A DNA stretch of 64,000 nucleotides from Eledone cirrhosa (Eukaryota), in the NCBI GenBank assembly GCA_964016885.1, contig OZ024740.1, forward strand, positions 407,898,001-407,962,000. The letters run 5' to 3'. Under the pieces are notes generated by a model. The model was not told the origin of the DNA and did not search any database. It was given only the letters and a program-made list of their open reading frames with translations. Numbering within the stretch: the first letter of the stretch is position 1; every line of letters starts with the position of its first letter. Of the stretch, positions 51,393 to 64,000 are shown piece after piece. The translations under genes and the position numbers were made by a program.

Positions 51393-51396
<4 letters not shown>
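47995..51396. mobile_element. Inverted tandem array of 466/484-bp HHR-bearing units inside (TA)n (retrozyme/Penelope-like)
   Basis: Unit starts at 47995, 48461, 48927, 49411, 49895; inversion at ~50167-50179; ~2.6 reverse units to 51396. Confidence 0.92.
50195..50239 (+). ncRNA. Type I hammerhead (also 50661-50705, 51127-51171 plus; 48290-48334, 48756-48800, 49240-49284, 49724-49768 minus)
   Basis: AATATTG-CTGATGA-GTTG taacaa CAAC-GAAA-CTAG-TT-CAATATT; palindromic ACTAGT stem III; extended stem I. Confidence 0.85.
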
Positions 51397-51455
<59 letters not shown>

Positions 51456-52454
51456 TATGTGTGTGTGTGTGTATGTATATATATGAATGTGTGTACATAC
51501 ATATATATATGTAGGTGTCTGTGATCTATATACACTGGTCATAGACACACAACACATATATATACACACACATTCACATATATATAAATATACATATATA
51601 CACAACAGGACCAGATCTCTCTCTCTCTCTCTCTCTTCCGTTCTCCTTCTCTGTCTCCTCTCCCTCTCTTTATGTCTCTCTTTCAATCTACTCTCTCACA
51701 ACTACTATCGCTTTCTCTCTATCTTTCTTTCTCTCTTTCTCTGTTTATGAAGGTACCTGGAAAAAAGCCATATCTCAGGAACCCGTGCTCCGATTTACGC
51801 AAAACTTGTTTTATTCTATTTGTATCCCCATTTCAGGGTCAACTTCCTTTCAAAGTATTTTCCCATTATGCGCGCTTTGGGCTGTATTACATTAAAGATA
51901 AGCAAGCAAGCAAGCAATCATAGAACTTTAATAGTATATAGATAGTCACAAATGAAGTTGAAAAAAAAACCGAACGTTATCTGTCAGAACATATTAATAT
52001 TGTCCAGGATTTATACAGTGTATTACCAAAGTGATTTTCCTCATATAACTTCAGGCATTGGAAATACAAAGGAATTTCTTGCATAATTACGATTAATTCA
52101 CAATACTGCAGTAAGTTGTCATTTTCACTTGCGAAAATATCTGTGATCTTAAAACGAAGGATTACTCTCAAATGTCAATCTCTTGACTGATGTTTTGGGG
52201 GAGCTGGACTTTCGTCGATGAGTTTCTCGTCATTGTTGGCAGCTTGCCTTACCGTCATACCAGATGGTGTCTGCAAGAGGGCTTCGTTATCCCAGTGGCT
52301 TAGCCTCGTTATCACCCCCTTTTAATGCTGCTTGTATGTTGGGTTGCCTCAAAAATTAGTAGAGGAAAACTCCAACACCTTTTGTGATATGTGATTGAGT
52401 GTACAGGACTTCTCCCGCTTTTATTTAATTTTCCACTTTTCCACATATATATAT

Positions 52455-52664
52455 ATATGTAACGAAGGAAGTGTGGTAAGGAACCAGATGGACCATAACG
52501 CACCAGAGTACTCAATACTTAGGGTAGTAGAGTGGGTAATAGGAAAATGTTTAACCCCGACGGCAGAGCTCAAGCTGTTTCGATTGCTATTTCTGGACTC
52601 AGAAACTGAGTCCAGAAATAGCCATCGAACGGCTTGAGCTCTGCCGTCGGGGTTAAACATTTTC

Positions 52665-52665
<1 letters not shown>
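52455..52665 (+). mobile_element. (TA)n-embedded hairpin-ended element; homologue of 16620-16782
   Basis: Shared ~80-nt block then a ~60-bp-arm hairpin (52543-52665). Confidence 0.65.
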
Positions 52666-52696
<31 letters not shown>

Positions 52697-52904
52697 TCAG
52701 ACAGAGAATGGAATCTCTGCTCACAATTTTTCTGAGCATAAAAATGTCTTGTATCACGAATTGTGTCTTGAGTAACGAACATGCAAGCTGGCAAAAAGCT
52801 TGGAGTATCGACGGGAAAGCATCATATGCTATATAGTAAGTTACTACGGTGATATCTATCTGTCTTTCACACACAGTCTTTCTTTCTCTCTCTCTCTTTC
52901 TACA

Positions 52905-52998
52905 TTTCGTATGGGAAAATAGTTTTGGTTTACGAACATTTCGTGTGACGAACGGCCTTCAGGAACACATAAAACTTCGTGAACTGAGGTTCCACTGT
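52905..52998. mobile_element. Tigger/pogo-like DNA transposon end
   Basis: Ends in GAGGTTCCACTG, a typical Tigger-like TIR. Confidence 0.45.
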
Positions 52999-53390
52999 GT
53001 ATATGTGCGTGTGTAAATAGCAACAATAAATAAAATCATTAGTGTTAAAGACAAAGTTTTTATGTATAAAATGATGAACAATCAATAGGTGTCTATTGTA
53101 TTTTTTTACAATTTCTAATAGGCCAGACCAACATATCAACTATTTTTATCATTTCTTTGAACTAAGGCTGTAAAACAAAGACATTTGTCATCAATATTTC
53201 TTTTTTCACAATGAAAGTTTTTCCAGCCGGAACTTATTCATCTCCTCAATGTATTTTGTCTCTAGCTTCTCTGTATCTGTTTAAATATTCTTAGCTAATC
53301 AATCAATTCCACTATGTATTGAAATTTTGTATTGTATTTCTAAAGAAATACAATATGTTTTCAAATCCAGCAGTTGCAAGAGTGGGAGGG

Positions 53391-53434
53391 ATCGTCCTGA
53401 TGAGAACCAGTTAAGTTCGAAATGCATTGATGAT
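53391..53434 (+). ncRNA. Type I hammerhead motif
   Basis: ATCGTC-CTGATGA-GAAC cagttaa GTTC-GAAA-TGCA-TT-GATGAT. Confidence 0.75.
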
Positions 53435-54347
53435 TGTCCCCCTTGCTTCTGCTGGACACCACCAGAAGGCGATAGCCCCGGTGTTTTGCATAGTACGGCT
53501 TTCTAAATGATTAGCCATAAACATACCATAGGAAGATGGACGTTAAACGATGATGATGATGATTTCTTTAGAAATACGAAATTTCAATAAACATTATCTC
53601 ATTTTTACTTTTTTTTTTTGCAGTATCGGTAGAGCATTGGATACCCTTTTTGGCAGCATAGAGTTACGGCCCTTTACGGTTCGAGTTCAAATCCTGCCTA
53701 GGATAGCTTTGCCTTTCATCCATATGAGGTTGATAAAACAAAGCACCAGTAATGCACTGGGGTCGATTTAATCAACTTTTCCATCCCCCAAAATTGCTGA
53801 CCTTGTAGGAATCATTATTTTGAAAATAATAACTATAATCAGGCGATGGATTACTCGTATCTGTAGAGCATCAGACAAAATGTTTTGTGGCATTTAATTA
53901 TGAATTTCTATGTTCTGAATATAAATCCTATCATGGTCATCTAATAAAAGTATCAGTCAATTACTAGAGTTGATTTAATCACTTTGCCTTTCTCCAAAAT
54001 CTGCTGGCTTTTTGCCTAATATGTATATATGTTGGGCAGTGGTTTAACAGTGTGGAAGACATGCCAACCTCTAAAAACTCAAACGGGCAGTACCAAAAAA
54101 AAAAGAAAAAGGCAAAATGGGGCGATTCTACATAATGAAAGCTATACCTATTTTCACAAGAGAAGACATCTCTCACCCAACCCAAAGTGGCTGGAGATCT
54201 CCCCGTCGGACGGGGAGGGTTGTATGGGTAGAGTGTTGAACAAATGCTTGTTTTTCTTTTTGTGTATTCATTTGAATTTACTGCATATAACGTATAATGG
54301 CATTTTTTAGACTATATTTTCTGTTTTGTGAAGAGGGGGCATATTAA

Positions 54348-54557
54348 CCCTTTACCATTTACATTACTCTATATTTACTATTATATTTTCACTGTATTTT
54401 CACATAATTATCTCATAATATTGAATCTATAAGATTTTGATATTATCTATTTTGAGAACAATACCTTAATATCAGTATGAGTGGCCAGTTACAGCCGGTT
54501 TGAACAGAAAAGGTGAGAGAATTCTGGCTGGATATGGGCGGTTTAAATGCTAAAGGG
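54348..54557. mobile_element. piggyBac-like MITE
   Basis: TTAA|CCCTTTACCATTTA...TAAATGCTAAAGGG|TTAA. Confidence 0.8.
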
Positions 54558-55063
54558 TTAAATTGTTGTACTTGGCAAATAGAGGAGGAAAAGAAAAATT
54601 CAGTTTTCCATATTTTTTTTTAAGTGCTTGTTACTATCTTTAACAGTAGTATATATACTTTTTGGAAACTGAGATATTTGTATTCTCAAGATGTCTTAAT
54701 GTAATAAGGCATATAAAGAAAAGATACAGTACACAATAATTATGGCTAATTTTAAAATCAATTTTGGCATGTATAAGACTGATTACATTTGTAGAAAGCA
54801 AGACTTTAAAATTCTGAACACATTCTTTGAACAGAAATTAAACTAAAAGTGGACATGAAAGAAATCAAATAGAGAAACCCAAAAAATAAAATGGAATAAA
54901 TTCCATTGTGGCAAATAAGCAGAGAAAAGTGAAAGATGTGACAGATTGTCTGGTAAGGGCAAAAATTAAGATTGATATAAAACTAGAAATAGCTAAATTA
55001 GAAAAAGGAAGCCATAAGTAAATGGGGAAGTCCTTTATTTTATTAAAAAGTGGACACGAAAAA

Positions 55064-55277
55064 GGGCGGTGGATTGGCAGTAGAGGGGGTGGATTGGCAG
55101 TATTGGTAGAGTGTCGGACACCATGCTTTGCAGCAAAGAGTTACGGCCCTTTATGGTCTGAGTTCAAATCCTGCCGAGGTTAACTTTGCCTTTCATCCTT
55201 ACGGGGTCGATAAAATAAAGTACCAGTAATGCACTGGGATAATTGCTGGCCTTGTGCCTAAAGTAGAAACAATTATT
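55064..55277 (+). mobile_element. MetaSINE-like SINE with duplicated 5' end
   Basis: Full head to tail; further copies at 53620-53770, 56240-56420, 56445-56633, 60400-60590 (+) and 62208-62390 (-). Confidence 0.85.
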
Positions 55278-55386
55278 AAAAAGTAAAACAAGATAGATTT
55301 AAAGTAAATAATAAATTGGAGAACCAATATGAAGGGTTGACATCACAGAGTCTTTATGGAAGGTGGCGAGGAGTTCTTTAGTTTAA

Positions 55387-55606
55387 CCCTTTAGCATTTA
55401 CATTACTCTCTATTTACTATTATATTTTCACAGTAAAGGCTTTATATTACGTAATTATCTCACATAATATAGAATCTATGAGATTTTGATATTATTATTT
55501 TGAGAACAATAGCTTAGTATCAGTATGAGCAGCCGGTTACAGCCAGTTTGAACAGAAAGGGGTGAGAGAATTCTGGCCGGATATGGCCATTTTAAATGAT
55601 AAAGGG
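55387..55606. mobile_element. piggyBac-like MITE, second copy
   Basis: TTAA|CCCTTTAGCATTTA...TAAATGATAAAGGG|TAAA; homologous to 54348-54557. Confidence 0.75.
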
Positions 55607-56066
55607 TAAAACCAAACTAAAATTTGAAAAAAACCACCCTATAAGTGATCATGTTGTCAATGTTGCACTTTTATGAGAAGTAAATGGAAATATGCTACAT
55701 TCAAGATTTTCCTAACAATATTAAAAGCACATTTGCAGTAAATAATATTCAGTTGAAGATCAAAACCTATTCACAGAATAGTCTTATCACCTGAATACAA
55801 AATACGACAAAGGAGCTTCAATATGGTTGCTTGACCACCTAGAAATAGCAACTAAATCTCTTTTAAATTGCACCCCCATCATCTTTAGAGGACACATTGG
55901 ATAAAATAATCTAGAGTACACTAGGCCTAAAAGACAGTATGGGCTGATCATGGCTAGAATACTTTTGATCCATAAGTCTACTCAATCAAAGCTGATTTAG
56001 GATTAAACAACAACAAAAGTTGTATTTTTAATGGCAGTTACTATGATTTTATGTTCTTAATTCAAA

Positions 56067-56184
56067 CATAGTATTCTGTTACTGGTCAGACAGTATACTG
56101 TTACTGGTCAGACATAGTATTCTGTTACTGGTCAGACAGTATACTGTCACTGGTCAGACATAGTATACTGTTACTGGTCAGACA
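56067..56184 (+). repeat. 22/24-bp minisatellite
   Basis: CA(TA)GTATWCTGTTACTGGTCAGA, about 5 copies. Confidence 0.9.
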
Positions 56185-57490
56185 TTTATTCCAGTTTGCT
56201 TTTAATCCCATTTCCTGAGAATATTTTTGCTTCCTTTATATCAGCAATATCAGTAGAGCGTCGGACACCATGCTTTGCAGCCTAGAGTTTAGGCCATTTA
56301 CGTTCTGAGTTCAAATCCCACCAAGGTTAACTTTGCCTTTCATCCTTACAGAGTCAATAAAATAAAGTACCAGTAATACACTGGGATAATTGCTGGCCTT
56401 GTGCCAAAAGTAGAAACGATTATCATCATAATTATGATAATAAGGTGGTGGATTGGCAGTATCGGTAAAGGTCGGACACCATACTTTGTAGCATAGAGTT
56501 ACGGCCCTTGCCATTCTGATTTCAAATCCCGCTGAAGTTAACTTTGCTTTTCATCCTTACGGGGTCGATAAAATAAAGTACCAGTAATATACTGGATAAT
56601 TGCTGGCCTTGTGCCAAAAGTAGAAACAATTATTATCATAATTATTATCAAAAGTAGAAACAATTATTATCATAATTATTTTTTTTTTAAGTTTATTTTT
56701 CCATACTTGCTTGCATGGGTGGGATGGGTTTCAGTTTTTGCTGGGAAAATTATTTTTACAGTTTTGCCAATGCTAATCACTCAGCCATGGAGGAGAAGTG
56801 AATTTGTTTGTTTTTTTTGTTTTATTATTTATTTTTGTCTTTTTAATTGGATTCAGGATAGATATTATTCCACATAAGCTTTCAGGTGAAAACACCAATA
56901 CATCTGAAAGGCTAAGTTACTGATTTTGTCATAATAGCGCAAGTATTAAATAAATAAACATTTACTTTATTTTTTTGTTATATCATATATCTAAATACAC
57001 TAAAATTAAACAACTACTGAGGTGACCTCAAACAGGATGTTGCAGAACCAACTGGAAATGAAAAGATTAATTGCAATTTACATTGATAGTTCATCAATGT
57101 AAATGCTCTTGGAAGACATAACCAATTTTGTATGCTGTTGGATAAGTAAGAGTATACAAGGGAGAATAGAAAATTAATCAACATAAATGTTAACAGTACA
57201 TTGATGTCTGATAAAGTCATATCTTTTAATGCTAGTCATTTTGGTATAGGGAGAATAATTATAGTGAATTAATAGAAGTCAACATACATATACATGAGGA
57301 CCGAATACAGGTGCCAAACTCCCACTGTCACTGCCTCCATTTCTCTCACCTTCCCCATCTCTCACTATTATGAATATATGGGGTCCCATGCACTAGTCAC
57401 TCCATGGCCCCGGTGGACAGAATAGAGAAGGCGTTTCCCTGGAGGATGGAAAGGGAGATGCACTGGAAAAGCCATATATTATAGCTTCTC

Positions 57491-58075
57491 CATCATCATC
57501 ATTGTTTTACGTCCATTCTTCCGCGCTAGTATGGGTTAGACAGGTTGTCCTGTTGTGGGCAATGCCAGGTCAAGTGACCATGTCTTGCTCACACAGAACT
57601 GATTTTGGCTTGATTTCTACAGCTGGATGATCTTCCTAACACCAACCTCATTTACAGTGAATACTGGGTGCTTTTTACCATGGTGCCTACATGACCACTT
57701 TACAGTGGGAGCATACTGTCTATATGCTTCAGCTTCTGCTTGTACCCATGGGAAGTCAAGTCTTCTGTATTACAGCGTAATGCCAGAGGTCTTGGTCCTC
57801 TGTCATTGCCTTTGAGAGGTGCAATTGGGCAAGGTCAGTTTTTGTCACCTCATTCCAGATCTTCTTGGTTCTCCCCACTCCAAGGCTTCCATCAACCTTT
57901 AGTGCTCTGTACCTTTTTATGCAGCTGTTGTCCTTCATACACATCACATAGTCATACCAATGCAACCTCCTCTCCTGCACACAGCATTTCTCTGATGCTC
58001 AGTCTCTCTTTCAATTCGTTTTTGCTTTGCCGTTCGTGTATATTACTATTACACATCCATCGGAGCATGGCAGCT
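57491..58075 (-). mobile_element. Older RTE LINE 3' fragment
   Basis: ERRLHWY..MCMKDNSCIK; (CAT)n tail. Confidence 0.8.
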
Positions 58076-58562
58076 TCATATTATATAATTCATTAATAGT
58101 ATATAACCCTTGCAACTTGATAGTATTCATGTTTCTTCTATGTAGATGATATTCCCATTATTATTACTGTCACCATTTTTAAGACATGACAGTACATCAA
58201 TATTTCATTCCTCTACATTCATAGTTAAAGCCCTACTGGGGCCAACATTGCCTTTCTCTCTGAGGTTGATAAAATTTTCATGCATCTATTACTGTTAAAT
58301 CGATTGTCAACCTTTCCTACAGTTGCTTGACCTTTTGCCAATGTAAGTAAATGATTATTACTGTCATCATCAACGACATCATCATTTTAATTTTTCATGA
58401 AAATAAGAGCTAACATGTTACTATGGTTGTTTAATTAAATATAGTTATTCCATACTAGAAATTGGCTGTGTGCCTCACAGCATAAATAATTATTATAATC
58501 ATCATTATAACTATTATCCTTACCAGTGTATTCGTTATTGTTTTTCATTAGCATTATAGTAG

Positions 58563-59347
58563 ATACAGCAATGTTGCATGGCAGTGAGACCTGGGCATTG
58601 TGTGCAGAGGATATACGCAGACTAGAGAGGAACGAAGCTTGCATGCTCCGCTGGATGTGTAATAGTAATATACGTGAACGGCAAAGCATAAACAAACTAA
58701 GGAAAAAATTAGAAATAAGAGGGATCAGATGTTGTTTACTCGAGAGAAGGCTACGTTGGTATGGTCACGTGATGCGCATGAAAGACGACAGCTGTATAAC
58801 AAAGTGCAGGACAATAAAGATAGACGGTAGCCATGGAGTAGGCAGACCCAGGAAAATCTGGGATGAGCTGATAAATTCCGACCTCACACACTTACACCTC
58901 TCCAAGACAATGTCACTGGACCGAGACCTTTGGCGGTACTCAGTAACAGAGAAGACCCGCCTTGCCTAAATACAAAGTAAAAGCTACTAATCAGTAAGCA
59001 TCTCTAACAAAATACACCCCCGTCCCACCCCATCCACACCGCCCCCTTCAATGCAAAGTTATGTTGGTGCCACAACATCCAGGCCGAAACAAATGAGATC
59101 GTGTAGGTGCCACGACAAAAAACACACAGTCCACGCTGTAATGTGGCCGTGTAGGCAACACGGTAAAAACCTCCCAGCCCCACACTGTAAATGTGGTTGG
59201 TGTTAGGAAGGGCATCCAGCTGTAGAAAACCCGTCAGACAGTCCTATGCGAGCAAGACAACCACTCTTGCCTCAAGTGGGAAAACCCCCGTCCAAACCCA
59301 TGCAAGCGTGGAACAGGGACGTTAAACGATGATGATGATGATGATGA
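58563..59347 (+). mobile_element. RTE LINE 3' fragment (family A)
   Basis: TAMLHGSETW...TEKTRLA, 3' UTR, (GAT)n tail. Confidence 0.93.
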
Positions 59348-59569
59348 TTGCGAGCCAAGCAAACTTCTGCAGAGCTGAGTCTACAACACAGTTTTGGCTC
59401 TTTGAATAAAGAATAAATGTTACTGTTTACTTCTCCTATGGGAAACACACACTATATACTTTTTATTCTTTGTTTTGTATAATTAAACTATATAGAGGTA
59501 AGAAGGCTGATTAAAATATGTATTCAACTACCTGTATAAGATCATGGGTTCAAAATTGTTGCAGGTATT

Positions 59570-59880
59570 CCGTTGCTTTTCTGGGCCAAAATACTGGCAT
59601 GCAGCAACTTGCTCTCTGTCCCCAGCCTTGTTGTTTTGGCCACAAGATGGAGGAGAGGAAGATATCGAGGCCTGACCAACCACTTCCTCTTTGTATTGAT
59701 CTCTGTCAAGACCTCTGGTGTCCTTGGTCCCTGCACTGCTGAATTCCTCTGTAAAGTTAGAAATACAGTGACCCACCTGAGGAGGGAGCCCTGTGAGTTG
59801 GGGTGGATGTTGCAGTGGGTGTCTGGCTATTTTGTCCATGGGACACAGCTGAGGCACCATTCAAACTGGGGTGTAATGCC
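59570..59880 (+). pseudogene. Degenerate CRE-like 3' fragment
   Basis: SVKTSGVLGPCTAEFLCKV...RREPCELGWMLQ. Confidence 0.55.
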
Positions 59881-62800
59881 TGTCCCCCCCCCCTTTCTCT
59901 TTTTACTTGATCCTTCTTTCTTTTTCTTTTTTATTTCTTTTTCTTCCTTTTCTGTTCCCTTTAAAAACAAGATATACAGAGAAAAATCAATGAACAAATC
60001 TTTGATTTACTGTTTTGATTTGATAGCTGATCATTAGAATGTATTACCTGCAAAGAATAAGCTACTAAAGGAGCTTCTATGTGGTTGCTTGCTCTGCTAG
60101 AAATAACCAAATTTCCCTCAAATTATACTCTACCATTTTCAACAAAATAAAAACACATATAAGAAAAATGGTGTTCAGTACATAATGGTTAGAAAAAGAA
60201 ATGTTACAACTAGAATGCCTTTCAGCATATCTGTTCAACTGTGGTTGATTTTGGGTGAAACAACAACCAACAAAGTATTATACCTATCCAGAGGAAATTT
60301 CTCAACTTAATGGGCCCTAAATTGAGTTAAAGATCTGGCCTTTAAAAGCTCCCCATAGCATAGAAAGTATTTACATTACATTATTAGGTTATAGTAAACA
60401 GTGGATTGGCAGTATTGGTAGAGAGTCAGACGCCATGCTTTGCAGCATAGAGTTACGTCCCTTTTCGGTCTGAGTTCAAGTCCCGCCGAGGTTAACTTTG
60501 CCTTTCATCCTTACGAGGTCGATAAAATAAAGTACCAGTAATGCACTGGGATAATTGCTGGCTTTGTGCCAAAAGTAGAAACAATTATTAGATTATAGTA
60601 AAGTGTTTCAAATAAATAGGTTGAAGTATGTAGACAACATTGTATTTGTGTTAATATGTGTAGAGTTGGCTGTATGGTTAAGATTTTGTAACCATGTGAT
60701 TCTAGATTTGGTGCCACTGTGTACTACCTTGGACGGGTCTTCTATAACAAATACTTTACTATTGGAATTTGGGAGAGAGAAAGCTATTTGAAAGCCTATC
60801 ATATACTGTATATATTCATATATAAGTTGTACTTTTTGTCACAAAAATACGATCTGAAAAACCAACATGTGACTTATCTACTGCACCTACAAAACTTTAA
60901 TTTGAAATATACGGTACACTGTAAACATATGTAAAATGGATGTTAAGAACTTACTTGGTCTGTAACAACTCGTCCAATGAGAGACATGGCGAGCAGATAT
61001 AAAATGATGATATATGCAGTTTTTGGAATAAGTACAGTGGCATCTAACTATAAAACACTGCCTCTAAACATCCCATCCCACTCATGCCAGTATGGAAATG
61101 GATGTAAAAATGATGATAGTATGTATACACACGTGTATCTTTTCTAAAAAAAACTGTTCTATTAACAAATTGTGATAAAAAAATAAGTTAAAAAAATCAA
61201 ATATCCCTAAAGTTAGGCTGAACAATACAGTTTTCCTTTGCTTTCAAGAATGAGACAATGATATATATTAATTCTGATACTAGTTCCTGGACCCCTAAAT
61301 CCTTTCCCCACTAACTTCAATCAGGAAAAATTTAGCTGACTGCAAGAATGAGTGGAGATGCTCTTTCAGTACATCTCTCACTATCCTCCTGGGTAACATA
61401 TTTATAATTTTGCCCAACGCAAAACCATGAAAGGTTTGCATGACGAGCTGTGATTTCCTTTGGCTATTAAGAAGACATTTATGTGATGGTGTAAACATAG
61501 TTGAAAGCAAAAAGTCTTTGACAATTAATTTCTCAGCGATATTGAAGCTGGTGTTTTTAATTTTTGAGTGGAGGCATATATTCAGCTATTAAACAAAGTA
61601 ATACGCCTGATTTTATTTATTTTGGGAACCAATCTCTGAAAAAACCATGTAAATCAACCGTGAGTCGTTCATTGTTTTATGTGAAAGTGAAATAAATGTT
61701 TAACTTGCGTAGTGGACATCAAAATGATCTGTTACAAAAATTATATAAGTATAGCAATGTATATATTTCTGTTTTTCTTTCAACAAACAGTGAAGCTTTA
61801 AATTAATATTACTAAATTATATGTAATAACAACTAAACAAGTAGGTGTCTTTGATCATTCAATGAAACAGCCAACAATGGATATCATAGAACCATTCATG
61901 AACTTCAACAAGTGAGAGCTGAAGATATTGATTGGATAATCTTAATATAGATTTGTGTGTGATATCTAGAAATATAGATATTCTATAATCAACAAGTCTC
62001 TCACAACCTGATTAAACACATTGGTGGTTATATGACTGACAACAAAGGTATGTATCGCTCATGAGAATTAGATTTATAGAATTAATAATGTTGATACTTT
62101 TTTTTTTAATTATATCTCAGGAGAGAAGCAATAACTTATTACAGTGACAGTACAATGCTAGGGGGTAGAGGCTGAAATAATGATGATGTTGATGGTAAGA
62201 AAGATAATAATTGTTTCTACTTTAGGCACAAGGCCAGCAATTACCCAGTGCATTACTGGTACTTTAGTTTATCGACCCCCCGTAAGGATGAAAGGCAAAG
62301 TCAACCTCGGCGGGATTTGAACTCAGATCGTAAAGGGACGTAACTATGCTGGAAAGCATGGCGTCCAACCCTCTACCGATACTGCCAATAATAGTGAGTA
62401 TGTTCATGATCCTAATGAATAACCATTAACTTTATTCTGGCAGACTTTAGAAACATTCAAGTTCAAAATGTTTTTATGTTTAAGTGTTGTAAATATGTCG
62501 GTCCTGTGTCATTCTATTTGAAGAACACTCCTTTATCTCGTGATATTTTCAATATTCAATAGTATGTTTACTGATATCAGTAAAATATTGATACTAACTG
62601 AATGATCAATGAATATTTTATCTCATGGTAAGAGAGATGCGACTGATTGCACGTTTATATCGGAATTTTTTTTCTGATTGTTTTGCTGGTTATTTTAAAG
62701 AGATGGCAACAGAGTCAATAGTTATTCTAGATCCTCCTGAACACATGGATAAAAATATCTTGGTTGTTGATATTCAATTTGAATTACTGCATGAGGATGG

Positions 62801-64000
62801 CTGCAGGGAAAAATAAAACTAGGCATGGTGGGAGTTTCTGGAAGTGCAGTTATGGTCAAGAAGAAATGAATAGATAGTTTAATAAATCATCTAGATCAGA
62901 AAATACAGCAGAAAAGATGACAAGAGAAGAAATTGATACTTTAAGTATTAACTGTAAAGATTTAGTAAATTCAGATGATTGGAAATTGTAGGAGTGGAGA
63001 CAAAGCAAGCACATTTTGATACTGTTGTTTAATCTCAGATTATCCCTGATCAAGTAGATTTATAATCAAAGGGGACTCAGCCATGACTCCCTGTCATCTT
63101 TTCAGATGTAGAGGATGTATTATCCAATATATCTCCCTACTCTTTTTTTCAGATAGTAGTCTGTGATTTGAAAAGAGGTTTGGCTGCTATTTCTAGCAAT
63201 TTAGACTTTAACAGACAACCATTTTGAAAATATGTGTATGTATGTGTGTATGCATTATATCTTATTTTGATGTTTGTTTCAGAGGTATATACATGTAGCA
63301 AATGCAGTGTTCAAATAGGAAACAAACCTCATAAAAGAAAGGCGTCAATTCTTTAACACTTTTTGTTACCATATTTCTAATGAAAGACACTGCCAATGAT
63401 TTTCAGATAATTTTGAAACTAATCAAGGATTAATAAGCTCGTGTTTAGATTCTAAACACTAGCTTAATTATGAGGAAGTTAAGTTATGTTCTAGACTTTA
63501 GAACATAACTTAACAAAGGTTCTAACATAAAATTATGACGGAAGTTTTTTTAGATAAATATAAACACTTTAAAACTAAGAATCATGGGTTGCTTGATATC
63601 AAGAGGGTAGCAGCAGTTTGTTATGACTTTGTTGCATTGAATTAATTAAATATCTAACAATGAAGTTGCAAACTAAGCTGTAGGTTTCTTACAAGAAAAA
63701 CAAATAAAAACAGTATTCCCAACTGAATATATCAATAGCAGTGATGCTAATAAATATTTATTTTCTTTCTACTGTTTCTAAATTTACGATTTGTATTTTA
63801 TACTTCTTAATTACCGAGAGAAGAATAAATCTTTCAATTCTTGACAGACAATGTAAAAAGAAAACATTAGTATGGTTAAGCAGTTGTCAATCATTCTCTG
63901 TATTCGTCTGTATTTTAAAATCTGCCCCTTTTCAGGTGATATATCATGGTCAAAATCTCAATTCAAATTACTAAACAAAACAGGGTGAGGTAAATTTACT

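Noticed and set aside
47995-51396. CRISPR-like array
   Set aside because: Whole units are identical, there are no unique spacers or cas genes, and the context is eukaryotic
55064-55180. tRNA gene
   Set aside because: A and B boxes belong to a multi-copy SINE head with long spacing and no cloverleaf
61791-62048. Exon-like segment with AG acceptor and AAG|GTATGT donor
   Set aside because: No convincing open frame or homology; cannot be supported without transcripts

Overview
AT-rich animal genomic DNA; the repeat content and (TA)n load suggest an octopus or other coleoid mollusc (inference). The one recognisable host-gene piece is a minus-strand first coding exon of a Slo2/KCNT Na+-activated K+ channel (37372-37469, [24 protein letters not shown]), so most of the left part is probably its first intron. 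The rest is mainly mobile DNA: a young near-full-length RTE LINE with an internal PHD finger plus truncated copies, a two-ORF CR1 LINE nested in a Helentron-like element, CRE-like fragments, many tRNA-derived MetaSINE-type SINEs and several MITEs. The main signal is a dense set of non-coding elements, mostly embedded in (TA)n, that carry hammerhead ribozyme (HHR) motifs and show partial-tandem or fold-back geometry typical of Penelope-like or retrozyme-like retroelements. Two stand out. One is a 3.4-kb inverted array of 466/484-bp units with 7 HHRs. The other is a pair of families (16.8-18.4 kb) whose HHR core strands lie in a non-circularly permuted order, supported by compensatory changes and by inserted copies that begin at the predicted cleavage site.
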